A DNA stretch of 63,991 nucleotides, the filler included, from Welwitschia mirabilis (taxonomy: Eukaryota), in NCBI GenBank assembly GCA_051453625.1. It is 4 parts of one record of this genome, joined end to end, with 100 filler letters (N's around TTAATTAATTAA, not from the genome) between each part and the next. Parts side by side here need not be neighbours in the genome. Positions count along the whole stretch, not along the records: positions 31,772 to 50,951 come from JBOZIK010000001.1; positions 51,052 to 62,560 come from JBOZIK010000001.1; 2 more parts are not named here. One strand, 5' to 3'. Below, piece by piece: positions 40,320 through 52,727 of the stretch. Position numbers and translations under genes: made by a program. The notes under the pieces are model-generated. The model saw only the letters and a list, made by a program, of their open reading frames with translations. It was not told where the DNA came from and searched no databases. Each line of letters starts with the position of its first letter. Positions within the stretch are counted from its first letter, which is position 1.

Positions 40320-43300
40320 GTTAGAAAAAAAATTTCTAACTTAAAAAAATCAATGAAGAGTTTACCCAAGAAAATAAGATAGTGAACATTATGCTTAAAC
40401 AATTTAAAAGCCTAAATGATAAAATTGGTCTAGGTCATAATGAATCCTCCACTAGTACTTCAACTTCCTTATTTAACAAATGGAACTACAAATCAAGGTA
40501 TGAGCATTTAGTGTATACAAATATTATTATCTATTATTATTGATACAAATAATATTATTATCAATTTAATTGTTTAGTATAATTCGAAAATAGATATTAC
40601 ACTAATAATGCCAAAAGGCCAAAAAGTATGTTATAACATTTTATACAAGTTAAACCAAAGAAAATATTGATTCAAAAATCACAATTAACTCTATTAGCAT
40701 AAATTGCACTATGATTAGTAAAGAAACATGTCTAGTACATTGATAATGAATGTTCAAGCATATGATGAAAGATAAATCCATTTTTACCATATTGTAAGAA
40801 TAAGACAAAGGAATGTTGACCTTTGGAGATAATACAAAATTACTTATCAAAGGTATTAAAATCATTGAATAAGGTAACCTACCTAAGGTAAAAGACATTT
40901 TCTTTATAGAAGTGTTGCAACATAATCTTTTAACTATAAGTTAATTATGGAATGTAAACTCTTCTATTACTTTTACCAAAGATGATTGTGTTATTAAAGA
41001 ACATAACTTGACCAAAGTCTTATTTGTTGGTATTAGAAAATAAAATGTCTATGTCACCACTCTATAGGATATTTTTAATAAGAAAATTAAGTGTCTATTA
41101 AGTACTATAGATGAAATGGAGCTATAGCATAGGAAACTTAAACATGTAAATAAAGAGTTATTGAAAATCTTATCCTCAAAAGAAATGGTAAAAGGACTTT
41201 CTAATTTGTAAAGCATTGATAATTAAGTTTGTGAGGCATGCTAGAAAGGAAAAAAAACAAGGGTAAGATGTGGTAAGAACGATACTGTCACATCTAAACA
41301 TCCTTTAAATCTTTTGCATCATAATATTATTGGTCCATATCCTATAGAAAGTGTGGATAAGAAATGATATTATTTAATTTTTATTGATTATTACTCTCAT
41401 TTTACATGGGTAGCCTTACTTGCACATAAGGATAAGGCATTTAAATTCTTTATAAAGCTATGTATTATGTTATAAAACTAAAAAGAACATAAGATTAAGA
41501 TGATAAGAAGCAACAATGGCACTAAATTTAAAAATACAAAGTTCATAGAGTTTTATGAATAATTTGGCATTTTCCATCAATTCTCTACACCAAGAACTCT
41601 ATAACAAAAGGAAGTGGTTAAAAAAAAAATAACAAAACTCTAAATAAAATACCAAGAACAATAATGTGTGATAAACAAGTTTCTTATCATTTTTAGGTAG
41701 AATTCATCAACACTACATGCGACATTTGCAAATGAGTTTTGGTAAGACATTTCACTTCTAAAGATTCATATGAACTATGATCTAGTTAAAAAACCATTTA
41801 TAAGTTATTTTCATATATTTAGATCAAAATGATTTATTTTAAATGAAAAAGATAATTTTATAAAATTCAATTTCAAAGTTGATGTTGGCTTTTTTCTCTG
41901 ACATTCCATGGTCAGTAAAGCCTATAGAGTATTCAAAAACAGAACCTGTGTAGTAGATAAAACCATAAATGTTAAAATGAGTGATACTAACTCAACTTTT
42001 ATCTATGTGCAAGATGACTATATTTCTATACAGATTGATCAATCATCTAGTCATTTCTAAGTCCAATCAGATAATGAGGAGGAGAAAGAAGAAGAAATAG
42101 ACAAAGAAAATCCTTCAACCATGATCAGACTAAGGAGAAGTCACTTTACAAGCAATGTAATAGGTAGTCCTTATGGTGATATTCCAAATTAAAGCCATAT
42201 AAAGGAATTCTATAGATTTGTAAAATATATCTCATATGTAAAATTTAAAACTTTTAATTAATCTAAGAATAATGAACATTAGATGCTAGCAATACAAGAG
42301 GAGCTTAATCAGTTTAAAAGATGTAATGTTTGAAAACTCACTCTAAGATTATCTAATAAACATGTTATTAACATAAAGTGGGTCTTTGTAAAAAAAATAT
42401 ATGAAAATAAGAATGTGATCATAAATAAAGCAAGATTAGTAATCAAAGTATATAATCCACAAGTAGGAATATTCTTTGAGGAGACTTTTGCGCTAGTAGT
42501 ACATATGGAGTCAGTAATAATGCTTTTAGTCTTTAGTTATATTATAGGATTTAAACTCTACCAAATGGATGTTAAAGTATCTTTCTAAATGAGTTACTTC
42601 AACAAGAAGTGTATGTTAAGTGACTAGAAGGATTTACAATTCTCTTAAATTATACTATGCTTACAAATTAAAAAAGGCTTTTTATGATCTCAAGCAAACA
42701 CATAGATCTTAGTATGAGAAATTATCTAGTAATTTAATAGAAAATGGATTGAAAAATGATAAATCTGATGTTACTTAGGGATGGTAAGCATTTTACTATT
42801 GTACAAATATATATAAATGATATTATTTTTGGAGCTACTAATAAATAATTATATAAGAACTTTATGAAGATAATGTAAGATGAGTTTGAAATGAGTCTTA
42901 TGAAAGAGATAAGCAACTTCATGTGGCTATAAGTTATGCAAGACAAATAAGATACATCTATTTCCCAAACTAAATTTATTAAACATTTACTATTCAAATA
43001 TGATTTACCAGATTACAAAGCCAAAGTTATTCCAATGAACTAAAGCATAAAACTAGATAAGGATGAGCATGGTAAAAAGGTTGATCAAAAGTTGTACAGA
43101 GGTATGATTTGTAGTTTATTATATCTTACTGCTACTAGACCTAATATCATTTTGAGTGTAGGAATTTGTGCTAATTATTAAAGTGATCCTACAGAATTAC
43201 ATCTTACAATAGTTAAAAGAACTTTTAATTATTAGGATAAGGATACTACTAATTAAGGCCTTTGGTATTCAAAGGACTCTTACCTTGATCTAGTTAGGTA

Positions 43301-43761
43301 TTGTGATGCAAAATGAACAAGATGCAAAGATAATAAAAGAAGAACAAGTAAAACCTACTTATTTTTTAGGTAATGATTAATATCTTGGAGTAGTTAAAAA
43401 AAACTCAGCTATTCTTTCAACTGTTGAAGCTAAATATATTGTTGCTAGGAGTTGTTATGTATAATTACTTTGGATGAAATAAACATTAAAATATTTTAGC
43501 CTCTCCTTAGAAATCATTTTTGTCTTTTACGATAACAAAATTGCTGTCAACATCTTGAAGATCTCAATACAACTTTTAAGAATCAAACACATTAAGATCA
43601 GACATCACTTTTTTAGAGAGCACATACAAAACAAGGATATTATAAAGCAATATATTAGTATCAATGATTGACTTACTAATGTATTTACTAAATCATTAAG
43701 TGGTAAAAGTTTTCTTAAATTATATAAGAACCTAGGGATTGGACCTTACCTAATCAGATAA
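40320..43761 (+). pseudogene. pol: Gag C-terminus and pol (protease, integrase, RT, RNase H) of copia element B
   Basis: 'DKIGLG' gag motif, '*YIDNECS' protease (about 40733-40760), 'FIDYYSHFTWV' and 'IRSNNGTKFKN' integrase, 'YQMDVK' and 'YINDIIFG' RT, 'IKHIKIRHHFFREH' RNase H. Confidence 0.92.
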
Positions 43762-44468
43762 GCCATCAAGTAATATCATTTAAAGCTCAACTCTGTTTTA
43801 TAATATTCTATGAGTTGAGATTATAATTAGATGCTTAAAAAGTAAATTCTATACATAAGACTTTACGTTTGTATTGTGTTATTTCTATCTTACTACTAAA
43901 ATTTCAAAGTTTCTTGATCTTTCAGAAAAGATTCTTTTAGTTTTATAGATATCTATCAGAGATACATTTTTAGTCTTATAAACTTCTATCATGAATACAT
44001 CTTTAAATTTCAAATATCTTTAAAGTCAAATATGCTTTTCTAATGTTTTGAAATAGATGTCTTTAAATAGGTAGCCATCTTTATAGTATGCATAATAGCT
44101 TATAAAATTTACAACAACAAATGTCTTTCATCAAATTAGATTTCTACTATTATCATTTTAGATGTCTTTCAATAGATAGAGGTCTTTCAAGAACTATTAC
44201 AAAATTAAAAACATGCCAAAAACTAGAGTTTTAACCCTTTTTAATCAAAAAAGGGGTCAAAATCTCTTATTTTCAATCCTCCACTTGACAGTTATTCCTC
44301 TTAGAGCCTTTTTCAAAGCTATTTTTGTTAGATTTCTCTATAAAAGCATCTTGGATTTGGCAGACATCTTCACATCTAGCACAAACAAGTGTCTTTTCTT
44401 TCATAGGTGATTATTTTTATTGATTCTTTCGCATTTTAGTTAATTTTAGTTTAGCTCTTTTTCAAAAA

Positions 44469-46130
44469 ATGATGAGGAAAAATTTCTTTGTTTCCTTCAG
44501 AGGCAAAGAATAAGTCATAAAGATACAAAAACCACAATATAAGCATTATTTATATCATGAGTCAATAGTAAAACATTTCAAAACATGGATTTAAAATTCA
44601 ATCATAGTAGAATGAACTCTTAGTTTTTAGAAATAGAGGAAAGATCAGCTACTAGCATATCTTTCTCAAATTGGATGGGACATGTTAATTTAGTTGGATT
44701 AGGGTATTTCAGACCTAATTATTAGAGAATTATATGTAAACATCAATGGAAATAATGATATAACTAGGACATTTAAAATGCAAGTATGAGATACTTTCTT
44801 ATATCTTACACTCAATTTTGTGTATTTTATGCTTGCTCTTGATGATTCATAGCTACAACAATTGTATGCTCATTCTATTAAAGAGATTTTCACTTTCCAT
44901 TCTATTAATGTATCATGATAATTAATGAGTAATGTTCTATTTAGATACTCTAAAATGAACTTTTATGAAAACATAGAATGTAAGCTAAATGCATCTATAT
45001 TAAGCTTGATCATGTTCTATAACATTCTTATTAGGGGTGGTATCTATAGCTACTATAAGCTCATGAAGACTTTTATTGTTTACTATCTTATTATGGGCTT
45101 AAAGATTGATTTAGGATTCATTTTATGCATGAATATTATTACATTATTTTGAAAGGGTTAAACTTTGAGTTACCCTTATTTAATCAGTTTGATTATCAGT
45201 AATGCTAGTATTCTAGTACCATAGGTAAACCTCATTTATCCAAAAAAGCTACATGTACAATTCAATGAGAAATGACATGCACCAATGCCACTTGATAAGG
45301 GCACAAGCAGAAGACTAATTAAATTATAGTTTCTGTGATCCTTCTCTATAGCATCTCATAATTCATCATCTGGTAAGAAGGGTTTAAAAGCTATTACAAA
45401 GACAGTTTCTAGGATTAGACATAATTTGTTAAGGCTGAAGAAGCAAAGGTTCATAGCCAATGAAGGTGAAGCACCTCTATGTAGTTGAAAATCCATGGGA
45501 AATCCCACTTGGATAGATTTAGAGGAGGAATCAAAGGCTAACATACCCCCAATTTTATATGGTACATTTCATGACTTGGGTCAAGTAGTAGGTATATATA
45601 CTTCGGAGTCTATCAGAGAGAAGACATAGGCATAGGAGGAGAACCAGGCTCTGACATAGGTACAAGGAAAGCACTAGGCCCTAGTACGATCAGAAGGGGA
45701 GCAGTAGGGAGAATTAAATAATTTTGATATTTAGCCCCTTATTTTCTGCAATTCATGTTGTAAACTACCCATCCATCATCCTATCCAATCTCCATCACCT
45801 CCTCATCCATCATCACCACCTCATATGCCATATCCACCACCACCTTTTATAGAACCCATCCATGTTCCATCTCTTACCATAGCTTCATCACCATCGTTCA
45901 TCAAGACCAAAAATGTTAGCTTATTTGGCACCTTAATCACCCCTCAGACATATTCATGTATGAGGAAATAAGTCTGTTAGAACCCCGGTGATACATCTTA
46001 ATGGTCATCCACAAAGCGGCACAAATCTCCATCCACATCTTCCTCTTCCTACATCATCTAAACATCTATACATAGGATAATGATGATGACAATGATGATA
46101 AAGGAGAAGGAACATGATATACTAATGACT
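44469..46130 (+). pseudogene. Sirevirus env-like / extra ORF of element B (degenerate), with a Pro/Ser-rich C-terminus
   Basis: Lies between the pol end and the PPT. 'YLSQIGWDMLI...DLIIRELYVN' (about 44658-44742) fits the G-W...LVREFY-x-N motif of plant retroelement extra ORFs. CCA/TCA-rich tract at about 45765-46060. Confidence 0.65.
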
Positions 46131-46652
46131 GTGCACTTAGATACTAGCTTCTTTTATCTATTATTCAAAAGGAAAAGAAAAGATAAGTAAATTAGCTTTA
46201 GCTTGGACATCCAGCTTAGATATCTTATATGGATCAAAAGGATATTGATCATGAGTTAGATGTATTAGACTCCCTATGAATGACATCACTATTGATTAAT
46301 AATTATTATTAATTTTTGGTACACATCTCACATGCTTTCTAATGTCATTTTTGTTGTTGGCATATTTCATGCTTTAATATTATGTGTTATTGACACATTA
46401 TTATTATTTACTATTGTTGGCACACTTTATTATGATTAGCTAATTAACTATTGTTATTTTTCATATGCTTATGTAACTTTATTATTTACTAGTCTACATG
46501 TTTATGACTATGAATAATCAAATATTTTCAAAACTAAAATTTATATTATGTGATTTTATCTCTTAAATTGAATTCTCTCCAATTCACATGATAACATATG
46601 ATTACACTAACGATATTTGTTAAGTTTTGGACATCATCAAAAATGGAGATAT

Positions 46653-49514
46653 TACTAGTAAAACTCTAGTTTTAATTATTTCACTTATCAAATATATTAT
46701 GCTATAATATGTAGATAGGTTAAAGTAAAGAAAATCATATTGTAGAAAGTATAAATCCAAGTTATATCTAAAGGCTCATATCTCATAAGAAAGTTTAGCT
46801 TAAATTTTATAAATGATAAATCATAAGTGACTAAAGAAATTTGTAGAATTAAAGATATCTATGAGAAATATGTCTATACAATTGAAGAAATCTATGAAAA
46901 AGACATCTATAAAATTAAAGACATCTATACTAAAATAGATTTTAATTATAAGGAAAGATGTCTACCTTGATGAAGACATCTATATTAAAGCAAAGATCTA
47001 ATATAGATAAAAAATGTCCACATAGTTAAAGACATCTATACTAAAATAGAAGATGTATGTTGTGCCGCCAACTTACGTGTATTTGATAGGGTATTCTGAG
47101 TTTTTCACAAGTGAATTAATAGCTAAATGCTTAGTTCTCATAATAATAGAGTACTGGGATGAAAAGAATGAAAAGATGCAATTTCCAAATAAATTACAAG
47201 CATTTTGTACAAATGTGGATAAATGACATTATGGATAATCATTCCCGTAAATAATACAGTGATCAGACTAAGTGAAGATCCATCAAAAGACCATCGTTCA
47301 CCTCATCATCCAGACGTCATCGCGGACGACATCACCAACTAGTTAATAACATTTCACATGCAATTTATAGGTAGTTAAACTAGAGTAGACAAGAACCTCT
47401 AACTATCAGTTAGTATCATCTCCTATATCATCTGGACGACCAAATGGACGACACTGTTTTCTCATACTTTCACTAAATGTTCACCCAAGTTATCACCACT
47501 TTATTGTAACTTTTCTTTGCATGTCAACTAGGGTTTTTCCTATGCTTTTTTGTTAGTTCCCTTTTTTTTTCTTTATATAAATAAGGGTCTTTCCCTTGAT
47601 TCCTAATCATCTTCGACAGTACCTGACATACTCGTGATAGGAGATCAAGGGATCGGAGAACCATTCTATAATTGTAGAGAGATGTTCCTTGGTGTTGATC
47701 TGCATTTCCTCCATTGAGAAAGGGCTACTTTGTAATACAGATGTGATAGCATTTTTATAATAAAATATTTTCTTTTTTATACACGATCTTCTCCCTCATA
47801 GTTTATGTTATCTGAGATTTGGTGACAAGCTTCTTTTGTGATATAGATAATGAGGGTAGTCATTGTCCAGGTTGAGTTTAGTTAGTTTAGGTACATCATT
47901 ATTTCCTTTCCTAGATTAGTTCTGCTTAAGTATGTTTTATTTCAATTCCATGAATTGCAATTTATTTTAGTAGGTTAGGGTTACATAATTTTCTCTTGAA
48001 AGCAACTCTTTTATTTCCATACTTTGGACTTCAATGGATTACAACATTCGGATCACTCCCATCTATAATAGTGTGTTATGTTTGTGCATATTATTTTTGA
48101 TTAATAGGATTTAGATCAAAACATAAACATTGCATAAATACACACTTCAACACATATTGCAGAAGTTAAGTAAAGCTTAATGCATTGACTAAAAATAGCT
48201 ATTGTTCATTTTGTTNNNNNNNNNNNNNNNNNNNNNNNNNNNNNNNNNNNNNNNNNNNNNNNNNNNNNNNNNNNNNNNNNNNNNNNNNNNNNNNNNNNNN
48301 NNNNNNNNNNNNNNNAATTGCAATTTATTTTAGTAGGTTAGGGTTACATAATTTTCTCTTGAAAGCAACTCTTTTATTTCCATACTTTAGCCTTCGATGA
48401 ATTATGACATTCAGATCATTCCCATCTATACTATTGTGTTGTGTTTGTGCATATTATTTGTGATAACAAGATTCAGATTAGGACGTGAACATTGCATAAA
48501 TATGCAGTGCAACAATGTAATAGAGGTAAAATACATTTTGATGAATTATCTACATCCTAGGAAATCAATTATGTTTTACATGTTGAAATCATGATCATTA
48601 AGGGTTATAGGAATTATAGTTTGAGTTTCATTAAAATCTAGCTAGTTTGATTAAAGACATCTCCCAGTGTCTACCACCTTGAAGACGTCTATGTCAAAAG
48701 TTGATAAGAAATAAAATGGTTCTTGTGTATCCAATGCTTAGCCATTTCTATTCATTGGATAGTAGTTACAAGTTTCAAATGGTCATTTATATAGGTCAAT
48801 AGGTAGAAGCACATAAAAAGATATAAATGCACAACTTGATGGATAGATCTACTTCACATATGCATGTATGAATAGACAAGTGATTATTTTTATTTATAAA
48901 GCATTCGAGCTATCTTTGCAAGAAACTCTCAAATAACTATGTCATTTGATCATTGGCTTCTACCATGTTGCATCACTCTAATCTTTGACACCCATGGGTG
49001 ATGATAACAAGGAAAAATTTAAATGCCTCATTAAAGACATGTCATTTAAGTTTTTTATTTCATTTGTTGTCATTACTTATTGAAATAAAATTATAGGACT
49101 ATTAGATTTTTGAATACTCTTGTTATAATTCATTTATTATTCTCAAATCCAAGGATCCCTTATTAGGATTTTTATTTTGTAAGGTAACCCTTGTATAAGT
49201 GTACTTCTATGAGTGCTTGTAAGCACATTTTTATTATTGTCTTATTGAACATCCCTGAAGGAAAGAGAGTGTTACCTTAAGAGAAGCATCTCATGTTGTA
49301 TGTAAGGTTGGTGATTCTCTAATACCATAGTTTTTGTAGGTAAAAAATATCCATATGTATGAGAGGAAGCTACCCTCTAGATGTGGACATACTTAGGTTG
49401 GGAAACCACGTTAATTTTGGTAAGGTGTTTATTGCATATTTTTTAATTTATTTTGATTAAAATTATTTTTAATAAACCTCATTTATCCCTCCCTTCTAAG
49501 TTAGACAATCTTTA
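46653..49514 (+). repeat. 3' LTR of copia element B, split by a family-A LTR
   Basis: 46653-47057 and 48520-49514 align with 14041-15452. Confidence 0.9.
47058..48514 (+). repeat. LTR family A solo LTR (3' end present twice around a gap)
   Basis: tgttg...caaca termini with a perfect TSD atgta (47053-47057 / 48515-48519). Confidence 0.88.
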
Positions 49515-50789
49515 GTTACAATAAAAAATAGTAGTTTTAATTTCTTATTTCTAAGTATGATTTATATTGAACTTTTAGTAATTGATTTGAAGCTATATTT
49601 TCTACCAAATTGCTTATATTTTTTATTAAGTTTTTTTTTTTATGTTCTAAGTTTCATTGTTTGCTTTTGTTTGATGAATTTTAGTTTTAATTTTCTACTT
49701 TTTATACTTATAAGTAAGGTTTAATGAATTAAAGTAATACAAGGATCTCATCACTCCTTATGTTGTGAATGTAATAATATCACCGCGATTTGAGCCATAA
49801 TGAACTTGGTGTATTTAAGACTTAAAATGGAACTTGCATTATATCTTTGAATGGATTGCTTTTATTTATTAAAAAATTTATGTTAATCTTGAGTACTCCC
49901 TCCATTTCCAACTCTTATTATTTGAAATCCCTTTCCTATCAAATTCTTGATTTGCAATTTTGTTTAAATATTCTTGATAGTTTAGAAGTGTGTTTTTTCT
50001 TAGTGTTTTCTACTATAATTGTCTCTGTGAATCCAATGACACTATGATCTTTCTATAAAAAAGAAACTAGTTTTTATTTATAAAAACTAGCCACAAATAG
50101 ATGATAAAAAGGAGATGAAGATACACTAGTTTCAAAAATTCCATCAACTTAGATGAGAAGAAGAGTGAGGATAACATTCAAGAAGTAACTTTTATAGCTA
50201 CCTAGACCAATCTACTCCTTCTACATCTTATGATAATAGTAAAATAAGAGTTAATGAAGAATCAACCACTTGGATGAAACATTTCAAGTCAACTTTTTCC
50301 CTAGTGAGCCTATGGTAGAACATCATGTACTTAATGATAAAAGTTGTACATATGCATCAGTTTTTCCTCTCAATTTTAAAAACTTATTTATTCAATTAAT
50401 TTATATTCCTATTTTATTTTTATAATAGATTGATTAATCATTAAAATGGTAAACTAAAAAAGTGCATAACTAAATAGAAGCATCTAATTTAACTTAATTT
50501 ACACTATAACAAAATAACATAGACACATTTCTATTAATAGAAGGTTCATAAACAGATGAATGTGTTAAGATTAGATGACATCTAATATTACCACCTAGAG
50601 TGCCTAAAGTAAAATTACTTACATGATAACTTAAATGAAATTTAGCACAAAACCAAGTAAAGATATGATTAAATAGTGAAATAACTTAACTAAGAGGTCT
50701 GGCTAAAAAAATCATATAGATGATGATGAAAGCAAGACTCTTCTCTTAGCTAAAAGGATCTTTTAAGTGAATTACTTCTATTATAGTAT

Positions 50790-50950
50790 TGTTGCGGTGT
50801 GTATTTATGCAATGTTTCATGTTTCGATTTCAATCCTGTTAATTATAAATAAGATGCAAAATACATCACGCTAATATAGACGGAGTGATCCGAATGTCAT
50901 AATTCCGTCGAAGGCCAATGGTATGGACAATAAAGAGTTGATTTCAGAAA
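50790..50950 (-). repeat. LTR family A 3' terminus, comparatively CpG-retaining copy, truncated by a gap
   Basis: 'tgttgcggtgtgtatttatgcaatg' is the reverse complement of the family-A LTR end. Confidence 0.8.
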
Positions 50951-51051
50951 TNNNNNNNNNNNNNNNNNNNNNNNNNNNNNNNNNNNNNNNNNNNNTTAAT
51001 TAATTAANNNNNNNNNNNNNNNNNNNNNNNNNNNNNNNNNNNNNNNNNNNN

Positions 51052-51900
51052 CTAAACTAGCCAAGCACAATGCATGGCTAAACCATTATCAAACTTGGAA
51101 GGCCTTTCAAGCTACAAGATAAAACTCTTATGCATTAAGCCTCAAGGGTGATCATCTAGATCTTGCAAAGGATTTCTTCAAGAACTAGAATAGCAGATTC
51201 ACAAGAATAAGTTACTATCATTTTTATTAACATTTCTTTAATTAGTGATGCTATCGGCATAGGCCCGCAAGATATTGAGCTCAAAAGGGATGCTAATAAA
51301 TCCTTCATAGTGTCTCAGTTTTAAAACTTAATAGGGAAATATTTAAGAAATAGAGGAGGAAGTTATAAGAGGAAAGATCTTACAAGGCTTTTTGATTCTT
51401 GGGTGGCTTTGATTATCCAGTATTTCACCTTGGAAGGGCATTTTGACAAAATCAATGAGCTACATTTCCATTTTCTTATTGTAATGATGGGAGAATTCTA
51501 GATAAATCTTTTTTTTTTTCCTCTCAAATTTGCTTCACTACTCCCTGCAAAGCTACAATGTAAGGCATGAAGGTTTAATTTGGCTTCTTTATCAAAGAAA
51601 AATTCATATAGATGTAGGAGTTTTAGCTTGGCAAGGTGTTCCAAGAGGGCCCATTTAGAAACCTCTATTATGGAAGCCTCCTAAATACAGTTAGAGTGAT
51701 GAGAAGTGCAATCTACCTTCATTGCCTAGGTGCATTAATGACACACCAGAAGAACAAGAATAATAATATCAGTTTGAAACCAAGATACTGATTAGCTACA
51801 ACACAAAGAAGAAGAAGAAGAAACTAAGCCTATTAATGTTAGTTGTTTGCTTAGATTCCTCCTCCTAAATTTACTTCAATTGAATACTGCTTCATTGTAA
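51052..51900 (+). pseudogene. Degenerate ORF remnant, probably a retrotransposon accessory ORF
   Basis: Protein-like segments 'INISLISDAIGIG' and 'WVALIIQYFTLEGHFDKINELHFHFLIVMMG..INL', followed by an acidic tail; family assignment is from memory only. Confidence 0.35.
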
Positions 51901-51936
51901 ACCCATTGGGGTATGCTAGTCTAGAATTAATATTTC

Positions 51937-51942
<6 letters not shown>

Positions 51943-51996
<54 letters not shown>
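51943..51996. repeat. (AG)27 microsatellite
   Basis: Perfect AG run read directly. Confidence 0.97.
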
Positions 51997-51999
<3 letters not shown>

Positions 52000-52364
52000 C
52001 CAATGATAGTAATTTGATATTAACTTTTAGAAACATTCAAAACACTCATTAAGTATAGGATTGAGAAGCTTTTGCCAAGATTATAAAAACAATGCAACTA
52101 AAAAATTCATATAACTATTAATACGTCATCATAACCAAAGATAAAATATTTGTAATTGATAAATGAACTTTAAACATCTTTTGTTATATGATTCTTGAAT
52201 GGTATAAAATGACTGTCATATTGTAAAAATATAAAAATAAGTAATTTGGCTGAGAGGCCATCCCCAACCACTGATATATTCAGGACATCATTACACCTAA
52301 TTTTAAAATATTTTTAAAAATAGGTTTTTACCTTAAAATTAGAATTTTAGTTGAAAGTTAAATA

Positions 52365-52557
52365 AATAAGTTATGAAATGACAAACTTAATTATTTTTGA
52401 AATAGTAAATGTAATTATTTTGAAATGGCAAAGCTAATAAATTCTAAAATGGGAAACATAATAAATTTTGAAACAGCAACTGTAATAAGTTTTAAAACAC
52501 TCAACCTAATAAATTTTGAAACAGTAAGCCTAATAACTTTCAAACTGTAAACCTAAT
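52365..52557 (+). repeat. Degenerate tandem array of about 24 bp, about 8 units (consensus close to aataaattttgaaacagcaaacct)
   Basis: Units visible by eye, e.g. aataaattttgaaacagcaactgt / aataagttttaaaacactcaacct / aataaattttgaaacagtaagcct. Confidence 0.8.
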
Positions 52558-52575
52558 TTAATAGGATCATATTTA

Positions 52576-52590
52576 CCCTATAAAAAGGCC
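52576..52590 (+). promoter_or_regulatory. Candidate TATA box (ccctataaaaagg)
   Basis: Plant-type cTATAAAA between two tandem arrays and upstream of a splice-donor-like 'cag|gtacaa' at about 52761. Confidence 0.45.
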
Positions 52591-52608
52591 TAGACAAATG
52601 CATAAACT

Positions 52609-52727
52609 CAAAACGTAATCAAAATACTCTTAAAAAATCACTTAATTGAAAATGAAATCAAAATGCTCTAAAGAAATTACTCAATCAAAAAACAAAATCG
52701 AAATGCTCTAAAGAAATCACTCGATGG
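52609..52727 (+). repeat. Tandem repeat of about 39 bp, 3 units (aaatcaaaatgctctaaagaaatcact)
   Basis: Three near-identical units read directly. Confidence 0.8.

Larger units (their letters stand above)
14041..49514 (+). mobile_element. Ty1/copia Sirevirus-type element 'B', full-length but degenerate, interrupted by nested insertions
   Basis: Paired LTRs 14041-15452 and 46653-49514. TSD attac (14036-14040) / gttac (49515-49519). PBS tggtattagag. gag, protease, integrase, RT, RNase H in copia order, then an env-like ORF. PPT 'aaaaatggagatat' just before 46653. Confidence 0.9.

Noticed and set aside
733-50047. Numerous 60-100 aa hydrophobic F/L/I-rich ORFs as small membrane proteins
   Set aside because: Expected by chance in AT-rich DNA; most lie antisense to or inside LTR and pol remnants.
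52365-52727. Short repeats that could be mistaken for a CRISPR array
   Set aside because: The units are contiguous and degenerate with no unique spacers, there are no cas genes, and the context is eukaryotic transposon DNA.
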